DNA of 64,000 nt from Thermodesulfobacteriota bacterium. GTDB lineage: Bacteria; Desulfobacterota_D; UBA1144; Nemesobacterales; Mycalebacteriaceae. Below the pieces are notes generated by a model. The model was not told the DNA's origin. It saw only the letters and a list, made by a program, of their open reading frames with translations, and did no database searches. Where the stretch lies: NCBI GenBank assembly GCA_965205855.1, contig OZ242184.1:384001-448000 (forward strand). Direction: 5' to 3'. The position numbers and the translations under genes were made by a program. Positions 48,087 through 57,212 of the stretch are shown here, in pieces (within the stretch, counting starts at the first letter, position 1; each line of letters opens with the position of its first letter).

Positions 48087-50189
48087 TTGTCGGAGAAAAT
48101 AATTGAGAAAGACCTCTTTGGTTCGCGCTACATCGTCGAAACGGGAAGGGTAGCGAGACAGGCAAGCGGCGCGGTTTTGATGAGTTGCGAAGGCACGGTT
48201 GTTCTTGCCACGGTTGTCGCGTCCGGAGAAAAAATTCAGGAGGATTTTCTTCCCCTGACCGTGAACTATCAGGAAAAAACATACGCTGCGGGGAAGATAC
48301 CGGGCGGTTTTTTCAGAAGGGAAGGAAGGCCGAGTGAGCAGGAAATCCTCACTTCACGGCTTATAGACCGTTCAATCAGGCCCCTTATAACAAAGAAGTT
48401 CACTTATTCCACTCAGGTTATGATAACGGTTCTCTCCGCAGACCCAAAAGCGGATCCGGGAGTGCTTTCCGCAACCGCGGCTTCTGCGGCGCTTATGCTT
48501 TCTGATGTGCCGTTTGAAGGCCCCATTGCCGGAGTGAAAGTCGGAAGAATTGATGGGAATCTCATATGCAACCCTTCAAACGAAGAGGTTGAATCAAGCG
48601 ATATGGAGATAGTGGTTACGGGGACAAAAGAAGCTGTTGTAATGGTGGAAGGAGGGGCGAACGAGATTTCCGAAACGGACATGATAGACGCCCTTATGTT
48701 CGCCCACGACAGAATCAGAGAGCTTATTGAATTGCAGGAAGAGCTCGCCTCCGGCGTGGCGCGTCCAAACCGCGTTCTTGATGAGGATGATGTTTCCACA
48801 AATGAGCCGGTTGCCTCGGCCGTTCGGGCGTTTGCCGCAGACCGCCTTGAGCAGTCGGTTGTGAAACCGTCAAAGGATATGCGCCACGAGGAGATATCCA
48901 GATTGCGCTCGCAGACGGTTGAAGAAGTTTGCGCGCAGTTTCCCGGAGACAAAGAGCTTGCGGAAAATGAGTTTAACAAACTGACAAAAGAGATTGTACG
49001 CTCCCTTATTGTCAACAAGGGAGTGCGCCCGGACATGAGGGATTACGAGACAATACGAGACATAGATTCCCGTGTGGGAGTTCTTCCCCGTCCTCACGGC
49101 TCGGCGCTTTTTACTCGGGGAGAAACACAGGCGCTTGTCGTAACAACCCTTGGAACCTCTTATTACGAGCAGAGAATAGACTCGCTTGACGGCGACATAA
49201 AAAAAAGTTTTATGCTTCACTACAATTTTCCCCCTTATTCGGTGGGTGAAACCAGCCATCGCCTCGGTCCGGGGCGCAGAGAGATAGGGCACGGCGCGCT
49301 CGCGGAAAGAGCGGTAAGACCTCTTCTTCCCTCAAAAGAGGAGTTTCCATACACAATCAGGGTGGTCTCCGAAGTTCTTGAATCAAACGGCTCTTCGTCA
49401 ATGGCAACTGTTTGCGGAACTTCAATGTCTCTTATGGATGCCGGGGTTCCTCTTCGCGCGCCGGTTGGCGGAATCGCAATGGGTCTCATAAAAGAGGGGG
49501 ACAAACTGGTTATTCTGTCCGATATTCTCGGCGATGAAGACCACCTTGGCGATATGGATTTCAAGGTTGCCGGAACCGAAAAGGGAATTACCGCTCTTCA
49601 GATGGACATAAAAATCGGCGGGGTTACAAAGGAAATTCTTTCGGACGCTCTTTCTCAGGCGAAGAAGGCGCGGCTTCATGTTCTTGCGGAGATGGGCAAA
49701 GCAATCACGGCTTCAAGGGACGATATTTCGTCCAACGCCCCGCGCATAATGTCAATGAAGATACATCCCGATAAAATCCGCGATGTTATAGGTTCGGGCG
49801 GCAAAGTTATCAACAAACTTATTGAAGAAACCGGAGCGCAGATAGACATTCAGGATGACGGGAAGATTCTCATATCTTCACCGGACAAGGAATCATGTGA
49901 GAACGCGATAAGCAGAATAGGCAAAATAATAGAAGAGATAGAGCCGGGCAAGGTGTATTTCGGCAAGGTGAAGAGGGTGCTTGATTTCGGCGCGATTGTG
50001 GAAATGGACAACGGCAGGGACGGGCTTGTGCACATTTCCGAACTGGAAGAGGGCAGGGTTGAAAAGGTTACGGATGTAATTAACGAAGGCGATGAACTTC
50101 TTGTCAAATGTATTTCAAAAGAGAGAGACGGCAAGATACGACTCAGCCGCAGGGAAGCCCTCGGGGAAAACATAGAGGACTACAGATAG
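48087..50189 (+). CDS. pnp: Polyribonucleotide nucleotidyltransferase (PNPase)
   Basis: GKIPGGFFRREG, SRLIDR, RREIGHG, SNGSSSMA, GDMDFKVAG; KH and S1 domains. Confidence 0.98.
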   Translation: MSEKIIEKDLFGSRYIVETGRVARQASGAVLMSCEGTVVLATVVASGEKIQEDFLPLTVNYQEKTYAAGKIPGGFFRREGRPSEQEILTSRLIDRSIRPLITKKFTYSTQVMITVLSADPKADPGVLSATAASAALMLSDVPFEGPIAGVKVGRIDGNLICNPSNEEVESSDMEIVVTGTKEAVVMVEGGANEISETDMIDALMFAHDRIRELIELQEELASGVARPNRVLDEDDVSTNEPVASAVRAFAADRLEQSVVKPSKDMRHEEISRLRSQTVEEVCAQFPGDKELAENEFNKLTKEIVRSLIVNKGVRPDMRDYETIRDIDSRVGVLPRPHGSALFTRGETQALVVTTLGTSYYEQRIDSLDGDIKKSFMLHYNFPPYSVGETSHRLGPGRREIGHGALAERAVRPLLPSKEEFPYTIRVVSEVLESNGSSSMATVCGTSMSLMDAGVPLRAPVGGIAMGLIKEGDKLVILSDILGDEDHLGDMDFKVAGTEKGITALQMDIKIGGVTKEILSDALSQAKKARLHVLAEMGKAITASRDDISSNAPRIMSMKIHPDKIRDVIGSGGKVINKLIEETGAQIDIQDDGKILISSPDKESCENAISRIGKIIEEIEPGKVYFGKVKRVLDFGAIVEMDNGRDGLVHISELEEGRVEKVTDVINEGDELLVKCISKERDGKIRLSRREALGENIEDYR

Positions 50190-51115
50190 CGTCGCCCCGC
50201 GCAAACAAGCGGATTGTTGCCGTTGTGGGCCCCACGGCGGCTGGAAAAACCGGTTTTGGGTTGCTTCTCGCGTCCGAACTGTCCGGTGCGGTTGTAGGTG
50301 CGGACTCCCTTCAAGTTTATAAGCATTTTGACATAGGAAGCGCAAAACCTTCCTCCGAATCCATTCGGACGGTTCCGCATTTTATGATAGATGTCGCCGA
50401 GCCGGACGAAGAGTTTAACGCTGGCATATACAGAGCCCGCGCGCAACCCATACTGGAAAAACTGTGCACGGACAAGACACCGCCGATTGTGGTTGGGGGA
50501 ACTTTTCTTTATGTTCGCGCTTTGCTTGACGGGCTGATTGAAAATCCGTCCGACCCCGCGATCAGGAAGCGGATTGAGGATGAGGAGAAAAACTACGGGA
50601 TTGACTGGCTTTATGAAAAGCTGAAAGACATCGACTCCGTTTCGGCTTTCGGAATTCATCCCAACGATTCGGTGCGCATAAGACGTGCCCTTGAGATTTA
50701 CCATTCTTCCGGTGTTTCGGCTTCGAAAATCCGCCGCGCCCACGGGTTTTCGGGCGGCGGGTTTGATTGTCTTAAAATCGGCATTTTGACCGACAGGGAA
50801 GAGTTGGTTAAAACGATAAACCGCAGGACGGAGGATATGTTCTCGGGCGGCATTGTGGAAGAGACCGGACGCATACGCAAAATGGGATACTCAAAAGACA
50901 TAAAGCCTATGAAAGCGATTGGATACCGTCAGGCGAACCTTTTGATTGACGGAGAGATTACACAAAAAGAAGCGGTTGAAACTGCCGCAACAGACACCCG
51001 CCGTCTTGCGAAAAGACAGATGACATGGCTTAGAAAAGAGAAAAATATCAGATGGTTTGAGCCGGCAAACCTCAAAAGCGCAATTGAGGAATGCACAAGG
51101 TTTTTTGAAGGTTAG
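50186..51115 (+). CDS. miaA: tRNA dimethylallyltransferase MiaA (start codon uncertain)
   Basis: GPTAAGKT, ADSLQVY, VGGTFLY, IHPND, AIGY, AKRQMTW; start proposed at ATA 50186 (ORF track uses ATG 50108). Confidence 0.93.
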   Translation: MASPRANKRIVAVVGPTAAGKTGFGLLLASELSGAVVGADSLQVYKHFDIGSAKPSSESIRTVPHFMIDVAEPDEEFNAGIYRARAQPILEKLCTDKTPPIVVGGTFLYVRALLDGLIENPSDPAIRKRIEDEEKNYGIDWLYEKLKDIDSVSAFGIHPNDSVRIRRALEIYHSSGVSASKIRRAHGFSGGGFDCLKIGILTDREELVKTINRRTEDMFSGGIVEETGRIRKMGYSKDIKPMKAIGYRQANLLIDGEITQKEAVETAATDTRRLAKRQMTWLRKEKNIRWFEPANLKSAIEECTRFFEG

Positions 51116-51124
51116 CCTCTCCCC

Positions 51125-51490
51125 TCAGCCTCGTGTGTTTCTGCGTATGTAAAACACCGCAAACGCAACGCCCGTTGCAACTGCGGCAAGGGGCAGAAGC
51201 CAGATGACAAGGTTGAACCCTCTGAGCGGAGGTTTGGCAAGTATTGTGTCGCCGTAATTCCCCCGGAACCACAGAATAATATCCTCGTCTGTTTGACCTT
51301 CCTCAATCTTTTTCTTTATCAGTCTACGCATATCGCGCGCGAGGTCTGAGTTTGATTCGGCAACGCTCTGACCCGCGCAAACGGGACACATAAGTTGTTT
51401 TGCTATTGCGTCCGTGCGGTCGGCAATGGTTTGGGCGGTTGCCGGAGAGCAGAGGAGAAGGAATATGAGCAGGGGGATTATATGTTTCAT
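51125..51490 (-). CDS. ccmH: Cytochrome c biogenesis protein CcmH
   Basis: Signal peptide, LMCPVC, QSVAES, YGDTIL, C-terminal TM (IWLLP). Confidence 0.92.
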   Translation of the reverse strand: MKHIIPLLIFLLLCSPATAQTIADRTDAIAKQLMCPVCAGQSVAESNSDLARDMRRLIKKKIEEGQTDEDIILWFRGNYGDTILAKPPLRGFNLVIWLLPLAAVATGVAFAVFYIRRNTRG

Positions 51491-51517
51491 TATTGCCTTG
51501 CCGTTTAAGTGAGTGTG

Positions 51518-52171
51518 TTAGACGGGAAGGAGTTTGCCGCCTATGGTTTTGTGCCAGTCTGTATTCTGCCCGTAATCAATAACTATCCTGTTTCCGACAA
51601 GTTCAAGTAGGGGGGCGTCAAAAATGTGGTCTCCGTAAGCATATGAGTTTTTCAAGTCAAATGAGGACAAATCCATCAGTTTGGAAAGTCTTCTCGGTTT
51701 TTCTTCACCAATACAGTCTTTTTTCAGAATTTTTCCCGTTAGAACCCCGTCTTTTTCCTCAAGTTTTGTAGCGGCGACATCATCAATGCCATAGTGTCCG
51801 GCGTATAAGCGAATGTAGTTTTCATAACCCGCAGAAACTATGACAACTTTGTCTCCGCGCTCTTTGTGTTTTTCCATACGCCCAACAACCGTGGGATTCT
51901 CTTTTTTCAGAAGAATGTCGCGCAAATATTGTCCGGCGTAGTCTGTAACAAAATCAAGTGGAATTCCGGCGGCTTGTTTGACGAGCAATCTTTTGCTTTG
52001 CTCCCCGTTAATCATTCCGTATTTTTTCAACAATTTCCTCGCAACTTCCCGAACACGGTTTTTAACAGAGGGTCGGCTTTTTAAAAGCCCCATAATAAAA
52101 GGGTTTGCGGTCTGCATATTTATTAAGGTTCCACAAAAATCAAATAAGGCAAGAACGGGTTTCTCAGGCAT
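51518..52171 (-). CDS. HAD-IB family phosphatase (DFC variant of motif I)
   Basis: ALFDFCGTL, VSAG, IGEEK, YGDHIFD; start moved to ATG 52171. Confidence 0.88.
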   Translation of the reverse strand: MPEKPVLALFDFCGTLINMQTANPFIMGLLKSRPSVKNRVREVARKLLKKYGMINGEQSKRLLVKQAAGIPLDFVTDYAGQYLRDILLKKENPTVVGRMEKHKERGDKVVIVSAGYENYIRLYAGHYGIDDVAATKLEEKDGVLTGKILKKDCIGEEKPRRLSKLMDLSSFDLKNSYAYGDHIFDAPLLELVGNRIVIDYGQNTDWHKTIGGKLLPV

Positions 52172-53255
52172 GGTTAAGCCTTCCAAACTCTTTAAGAAAT
52201 CTGCTCATCTGTTCTTTTGTGCCAATTGTCAGGCGAAGATAACCTTCCATTCCTTCAACATGCTTGTAATCGCGCACAAATATATTTGCCTTGAGCAAAT
52301 GTCTGATAAGGTTTTCTTTGATTTCCGGTTTCATTTTTAAAAGAATAAAGTTTCCGCCGCCGCTGATAATATCAAAATATTTTCCTTTGATTTCTTCCAG
52401 TTTGTTGCGGAGCCAAAGTTTTGTTTCAAGCACTTCATTAACATAAGACATTGTATAGGCAATATCATCCAGAGCCGCCATTGCCGCTATCTGGGACAGA
52501 GCCGTTACATTCTTCGGGTTTCTAATTTTGTTAAGGTGGCGGATATTCTCAACCGAAGAGATTGCATACCCTATGCGAAATCCCGCAAGGGCGAACGCTT
52601 TTGAAAATGTTCTGGAAATAATGATGTTGCCATACTCTACGGCTATGCCACTTGCGCTTTGTTTCGCAAATTCGTAATACGCTTCATCAATAATGAAAAG
52701 AGTTTCCGGAAAAGACCGCGCGAGAGTTTTTATTTCCGATGTTTTATAGACGGTTCCTGTCGGATTGTTGGGATTGCAGATATAAACTATTTTGGGTTTC
52801 AGCTTTCCGACTTGTGCCGAAAATTCGTCCGGTTGAAAATCAAAGGGCTCTTTCAATCGGTGAAATCTGACCGAAACTCCTCTGCTTTCCGCCGCCACCC
52901 GGAAATTGTCATATGTGGGGGATACTACAAGGGCACGGTCTTCGGGTTCGGTGAAGGTGCCGATAATGTATTCGTGCAAATCATCGGAACCGGAGAAATA
53001 CTGAACATTCTCCGTAGCAACTCGCGAGTATTGTGCAATCATTTCCACAATTTTTTTGTTGTTGATGTCGGGATACCAGTTCAATCGGCCGTTTGCAAGA
53101 AAGTTTTCAATCTCCCGTCTGACCTTTGGAGACGGAAGAACGGTCGCCTCATTCCAATCCAGTTTTAATATGTTTTCCCTGCCGGACAACTCCCACGCTT
53201 TGTGGGAAACGACTGGGTAAGGACGCAACTTTTTGATGTATTTGTTTGCGAACAT
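52164..53255 (-). CDS. HisC-family PLP aminotransferase in the glycan locus
   Basis: LKLDWNE, WYPD, ICNPNNPTG, IDEAYYEF, RTFSKAFALAGFRIGY. Confidence 0.9.
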   Translation of the reverse strand: MFANKYIKKLRPYPVVSHKAWELSGRENILKLDWNEATVLPSPKVRREIENFLANGRLNWYPDINNKKIVEMIAQYSRVATENVQYFSGSDDLHEYIIGTFTEPEDRALVVSPTYDNFRVAAESRGVSVRFHRLKEPFDFQPDEFSAQVGKLKPKIVYICNPNNPTGTVYKTSEIKTLARSFPETLFIIDEAYYEFAKQSASGIAVEYGNIIISRTFSKAFALAGFRIGYAISSVENIRHLNKIRNPKNVTALSQIAAMAALDDIAYTMSYVNEVLETKLWLRNKLEEIKGKYFDIISGGGNFILLKMKPEIKENLIRHLLKANIFVRDYKHVEGMEGYLRLTIGTKEQMSRFLKEFGRLNHA

Positions 53256-53261
53256 AGTATT

Positions 53262-54656
53262 TTACTTGTTTATACGGTTGAACTTGTTTGGAACTTCAGA
53301 CATGACCGCTCTGAATTTGTTTCCCGCTCCAAAACCTATTCTGTCAACTATGCGAAAATCAAAGTTAACTCCCGCAAATCTCTGTCTGACTGTTCTCTCA
53401 AACAGAGAAAATTCCCGTTCATTTTTCTCAAACGGAAGGATTTTGATTTCTATATCCGAATGGGATTTTTGTATCACTTGAAACCTTTCAATCCATAATT
53501 GGTCGCGGAAAATTATATGCCACAGGTGAGAGAAGATAATTGAGCCGTCCGCCAATTCAAATATGTCGTTGGTTCTGCCTTCAACTGATACAAAATAACG
53601 GAAGTTTTCGCCGTAATCATAAAAACTGTCGTCCACAACCGCCATATCCCCAATTTGAAAGCGGATAAACGGCATTGCGGTTGCAGTCAGGTTGGTCAGG
53701 GTTATCAAACCCTGATTTCCCGGCTTGACCGGTTCGTCATTCTCGTCAAGAACTTCCACGAAATAAAGATCTTCGGAGATTATCATATTGCGTGAATCTT
53801 TGCTGCTGCACGCGATAGCACTGGCTTCCGATGCTCCGTAGAAATTGATAACAGGGCATTGAAAAGATTCTTCAAGCGTGTGCCAAACTGTTGGAGACAG
53901 ATATTCCGCCGCCGCTATTATTCTTTTGAGTCCCGCAATCCGCAAGTTATTTCTGCGCATATACTCGGCAACGGAAAACAGCGCGCTGACATAGCCATGT
54001 ATAACTTTGGGTTTGAACTCAAGAATTGACTTGACGGAAAAGGCGATTTTTTCTTTTGTAAGAGCGCTACTGACAGGGCTTGCCACATCTCCTACGGACA
54101 GAAACAGGTAAAGACCGTTCTGAATACGTTCCAACTCCTTATTGGTGTGTTTTTTAGACCTCCAGAGCATACAGTAGGGGTTATATCTGCGAATGCCGGC
54201 ATCGTGATAAACTCGTTGCTTCACTCTTTTCTTTTTCAACATACTGTCTTGGCTGAAGAAAATTTCTGTCGGAACTCCGGTTGAGCCTGTGGTTTTCGCG
54301 TAATGCAGGTTCTTTTTGTCAAAATTTCCGCACAAAACCAGATTGTTTAGACATGCCGCTTTGAACGTCTCTTTTTTAACAATCGGTAACAAGCGTATTT
54401 CATCAAGCGTTTTTAGCTTAAAGTCCGGTGAAATGTGGTTTTTTCCGTAAATGTCTGCGTAGAAGCCGGAGTTGGCACGGGCATTGGAAAGCATGTCGTT
54501 AATTTTCGCAATCTGGTAGTCGCGGAGATTTCCCGAATGAATGTATTGTTTCAGGAAAAAACGCTTGCTCCAGTATTTTAAGAATTCAATTTTTCCGTAC
54601 GTTATTTTTTTTACATTCATTTCAGTTTTTACATCTGGAACAAGATAGTAGCACAA
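53262..54656 (-). CDS. CapK/phenylacetate-CoA ligase-like adenylate-forming enzyme
   Basis: TTGSTGVP, FYGASE, RFQIGD, EGRTND, terminal GNKFR; start may be ATG 54620. Confidence 0.88.
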   Translation of the reverse strand: MCYYLVPDVKTEMNVKKITYGKIEFLKYWSKRFFLKQYIHSGNLRDYQIAKINDMLSNARANSGFYADIYGKNHISPDFKLKTLDEIRLLPIVKKETFKAACLNNLVLCGNFDKKNLHYAKTTGSTGVPTEIFFSQDSMLKKKRVKQRVYHDAGIRRYNPYCMLWRSKKHTNKELERIQNGLYLFLSVGDVASPVSSALTKEKIAFSVKSILEFKPKVIHGYVSALFSVAEYMRRNNLRIAGLKRIIAAAEYLSPTVWHTLEESFQCPVINFYGASEASAIACSSKDSRNMIISEDLYFVEVLDENDEPVKPGNQGLITLTNLTATAMPFIRFQIGDMAVVDDSFYDYGENFRYFVSVEGRTNDIFELADGSIIFSHLWHIIFRDQLWIERFQVIQKSHSDIEIKILPFEKNEREFSLFERTVRQRFAGVNFDFRIVDRIGFGAGNKFRAVMSEVPNKFNRINK

Positions 54657-54685
54657 ACTCTTTTTGTATTACGGTCTTTACAAAG

Positions 54686-55837
54686 TCAAATTTTAGAAAC
54701 CTGCCGGAACAGTTTTTCATACTCGGAAATCATCTTTTCCATTGTAAAATTCCGCGAACGTTCTTTTGCATTATGAGACAAACTTTCGCGCAGTTCCGTA
54801 TTTTTCAAAACCCGCTCAATCGCGTCAGCCATTGCGTTTGTATCTCCAACGGGAACAAGAATCCCGCTTTTTCCGTCCTCAATGATTTCATTTGCGCCGT
54901 AAGGGAAGTCTGTTGAAACGATTGGTTTTCCAAGCGTAACCGCTTCAAGAAGAGTGTTGGAAAATCCTTCGTGAACGGACGGCTGGACATACAAATCCGC
55001 AGCTGTCATAAAAGGGTAGGGGTTGGTTTTTATTCCTGTTAATTCAACACAGCTTGAAAGTTCCAACTGTTCAATTTTCTTTGTTAGGGTATTGCGCATT
55101 ACTCCCTCCCCAACTATCAAAAGCCGTACCTTAATTCTTTTGTTCAGTATGGCAAATGCGTCAATCAAGTTCTCAAAGCCCTTTTGTTTTGCAAGGCGAG
55201 CCACAGAGACGCACAAGGGCGTGTCTCCGCCAATCCACCTGTGGCTTATTGGCTCTTTTGCGCGTTTTTCTATGAGTTCCAAATCTGCACCGTTGTAAAT
55301 GACCATAGGCTTTGATTTGAGTTTCAGATATTTTTGCTGGTAAACCGCAAGCCCTTCAGAATTTGCTACCGTTCGGGATGGAAGGTCAAGTTTTGAAATC
55401 AGTTTTACCCAAACACGGGCGATAAAGTTGTCTTTTTTCTGCTTGAACGTGAGAGAGTTTGGTTTTTTCTGGATATTAACATGAGCGGTAACGGTCGGTA
55501 TCCCTGCGATTTTTCCGGCGATTGCCACAGGGGCGTGTTCAAGTCGCGTGTAAATCAAATTAGGGGGCGGGTTGAATTCTCTCAGAGTTTTTATCAACGA
55601 GAAAGTTTTCAGCACGGTCTTGAAAGGAGGTTTGGGGTGGATATTCGAGAATATAACCTTAACTTCTGCGGGTATGTCTTTCATCAGATGTTCCCGCTTG
55701 GTGAAAACAAAAATGGCGGTATTTAATCCTTTTTCCGCCAGTCCTTTTGCAATCGCGATTGTCTGTTTTTCCGCTCCTCCGGTTTCAAGGTGAGGTAAAA
55801 CCATTAGAATTTCCGTCTTATTCTCTTGTTTGTTCAA
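54686..55837 (-). CDS. Glycosyltransferase family 4 (PglJ/WabH-like)
   Basis: GGAEKQ, QKGF, NPYPFM, EGFSNTLLEA. Confidence 0.92.
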   Translation of the reverse strand: MNKQENKTEILMVLPHLETGGAEKQTIAIAKGLAEKGLNTAIFVFTKREHLMKDIPAEVKVIFSNIHPKPPFKTVLKTFSLIKTLREFNPPPNLIYTRLEHAPVAIAGKIAGIPTVTAHVNIQKKPNSLTFKQKKDNFIARVWVKLISKLDLPSRTVANSEGLAVYQQKYLKLKSKPMVIYNGADLELIEKRAKEPISHRWIGGDTPLCVSVARLAKQKGFENLIDAFAILNKRIKVRLLIVGEGVMRNTLTKKIEQLELSSCVELTGIKTNPYPFMTAADLYVQPSVHEGFSNTLLEAVTLGKPIVSTDFPYGANEIIEDGKSGILVPVGDTNAMADAIERVLKNTELRESLSHNAKERSRNFTMEKMISEYEKLFRQVSKI

Positions 55838-55922
55838 TGTCTTAATGTGTCGGGAATTGTTGGGTTTGGAAACAATAGTATAGCATATTGGAGCCTAATC
55901 ATTTCGGAAATACACAACGGAA

Positions 55923-57083
55923 ATGCATGTCAAAAAAATCATCTATGTCCACCGCTCCGCTTTTCCGGGTCCCAAAGCCCATCATGCGGCGATGCTGAAA
56001 ATGCTTGATTCCTTCCTCAAAATAGAAGGGTTGAGCGCTTCTCTTGTGTTGCGGAAGTATCAAAGAGATTTCACAGACAACATAAAAGACTACTTCGGGC
56101 TGACAAACGATGTGAAAATCAAAGCGCCCCCGTATGCGGGGTTTTTGCCATTCCGTCTGGACTTTTTCTGGCGCCGCTCGCTTGAGAGTGAATTTCGCGC
56201 AATTTCCGAACATTTTCCCCGTGGTGAAGCGGTGATTTATTTCAGATATTCGGGAGTTACGGGAAAGAGAATGGCGGATTATGCAAGAAAGAGCGGATTG
56301 CCTTTTTTCTGTGAAGTCCATACGCAGATAAAGTCGCGCAAAGAGGTTGCTTATTTGAAGGAGATGAAAGGGATTGTTGTCATTACCGACTGGTTGCGCG
56401 GTCATTTGGTTGATATGGGCATTGAATCGCGGAAAATTTTAACTGCTCCGAGTGGAATTGATGTCGGTTTTTATGACAAAAAACGGCAATGCTCAAAAGA
56501 GCGGATAAGAGAAAAACTGTCCCTTCCTTCGGACAGAAAACTTGTTGTCTATACGGGCAAGCCGTATAAGGGGAGAGGTGCGGAAATCCTGATTGAGAGT
56601 TCAAAGTTTCTCGGCGATTCCGTGCTGGTTTTAATTGTGGGAGCGTTGCCGGAAGACTTGAAACGGCTTCGCGCACTTGTTGAACAAAACGGCTTACAGG
56701 ATAAGGTAAAAATTGAAGGTCATATACCGGCGTATCAAGTTCCCTCCTATCAGATTGGCGCCGATGTTCTTGTAATGCCTTACTCCCAAGACTGGGACCT
56801 TAAACTGGTTTCTTCGCCGGTCAAGATGTTTGAATATATGGCTTCAGGCAATCCGGTTGTTTCAAGCGACTTTCCGAATATCAGGGAAGCTTTGTCCGAA
56901 GAGAACAGCGTTCTGGTTCCGCCGGACAATCCGCGCCTTCTTGCAGGTGGCATAATAAAATGTCTGGAAGACACCGATTTGGCGAGCCGCATATCCGCAA
57001 ACGCGCTTAAATGCGCAAAGTCACAATACGGCTGGGATAACAGAGCCGCAAAGGTTACAGGTTTTATCAACTCCCAACTTTAA
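55923..57083 (+). CDS. Glycosyltransferase family 4
   Basis: EVH, VYTG...GRG, SPVKMFEYMASGNPVVSSD. Confidence 0.9.
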   Translation: MHVKKIIYVHRSAFPGPKAHHAAMLKMLDSFLKIEGLSASLVLRKYQRDFTDNIKDYFGLTNDVKIKAPPYAGFLPFRLDFFWRRSLESEFRAISEHFPRGEAVIYFRYSGVTGKRMADYARKSGLPFFCEVHTQIKSRKEVAYLKEMKGIVVITDWLRGHLVDMGIESRKILTAPSGIDVGFYDKKRQCSKERIREKLSLPSDRKLVVYTGKPYKGRGAEILIESSKFLGDSVLVLIVGALPEDLKRLRALVEQNGLQDKVKIEGHIPAYQVPSYQIGADVLVMPYSQDWDLKLVSSPVKMFEYMASGNPVVSSDFPNIREALSEENSVLVPPDNPRLLAGGIIKCLEDTDLASRISANALKCAKSQYGWDNRAAKVTGFINSQL

Positions 57084-57212
57084 GTTTTTGCCGTGGCGTA
57101 GGGTTGTCATTTCCGTAAAACAGGCGGGCAAGTGTTAGAATACTTCCAATCCTTTTGCCGGTTCATAATTGCAGACGGAAAGCCGGAAGGATGAACTGGA
57201 TTTGACCGCATA

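Noticed and set aside
52164-53255. Calling this gene housekeeping hisC
   Set aside because: No other his genes are nearby, it is embedded in a glycan locus and its N-terminal motif is atypical, so the symbol is withheld.
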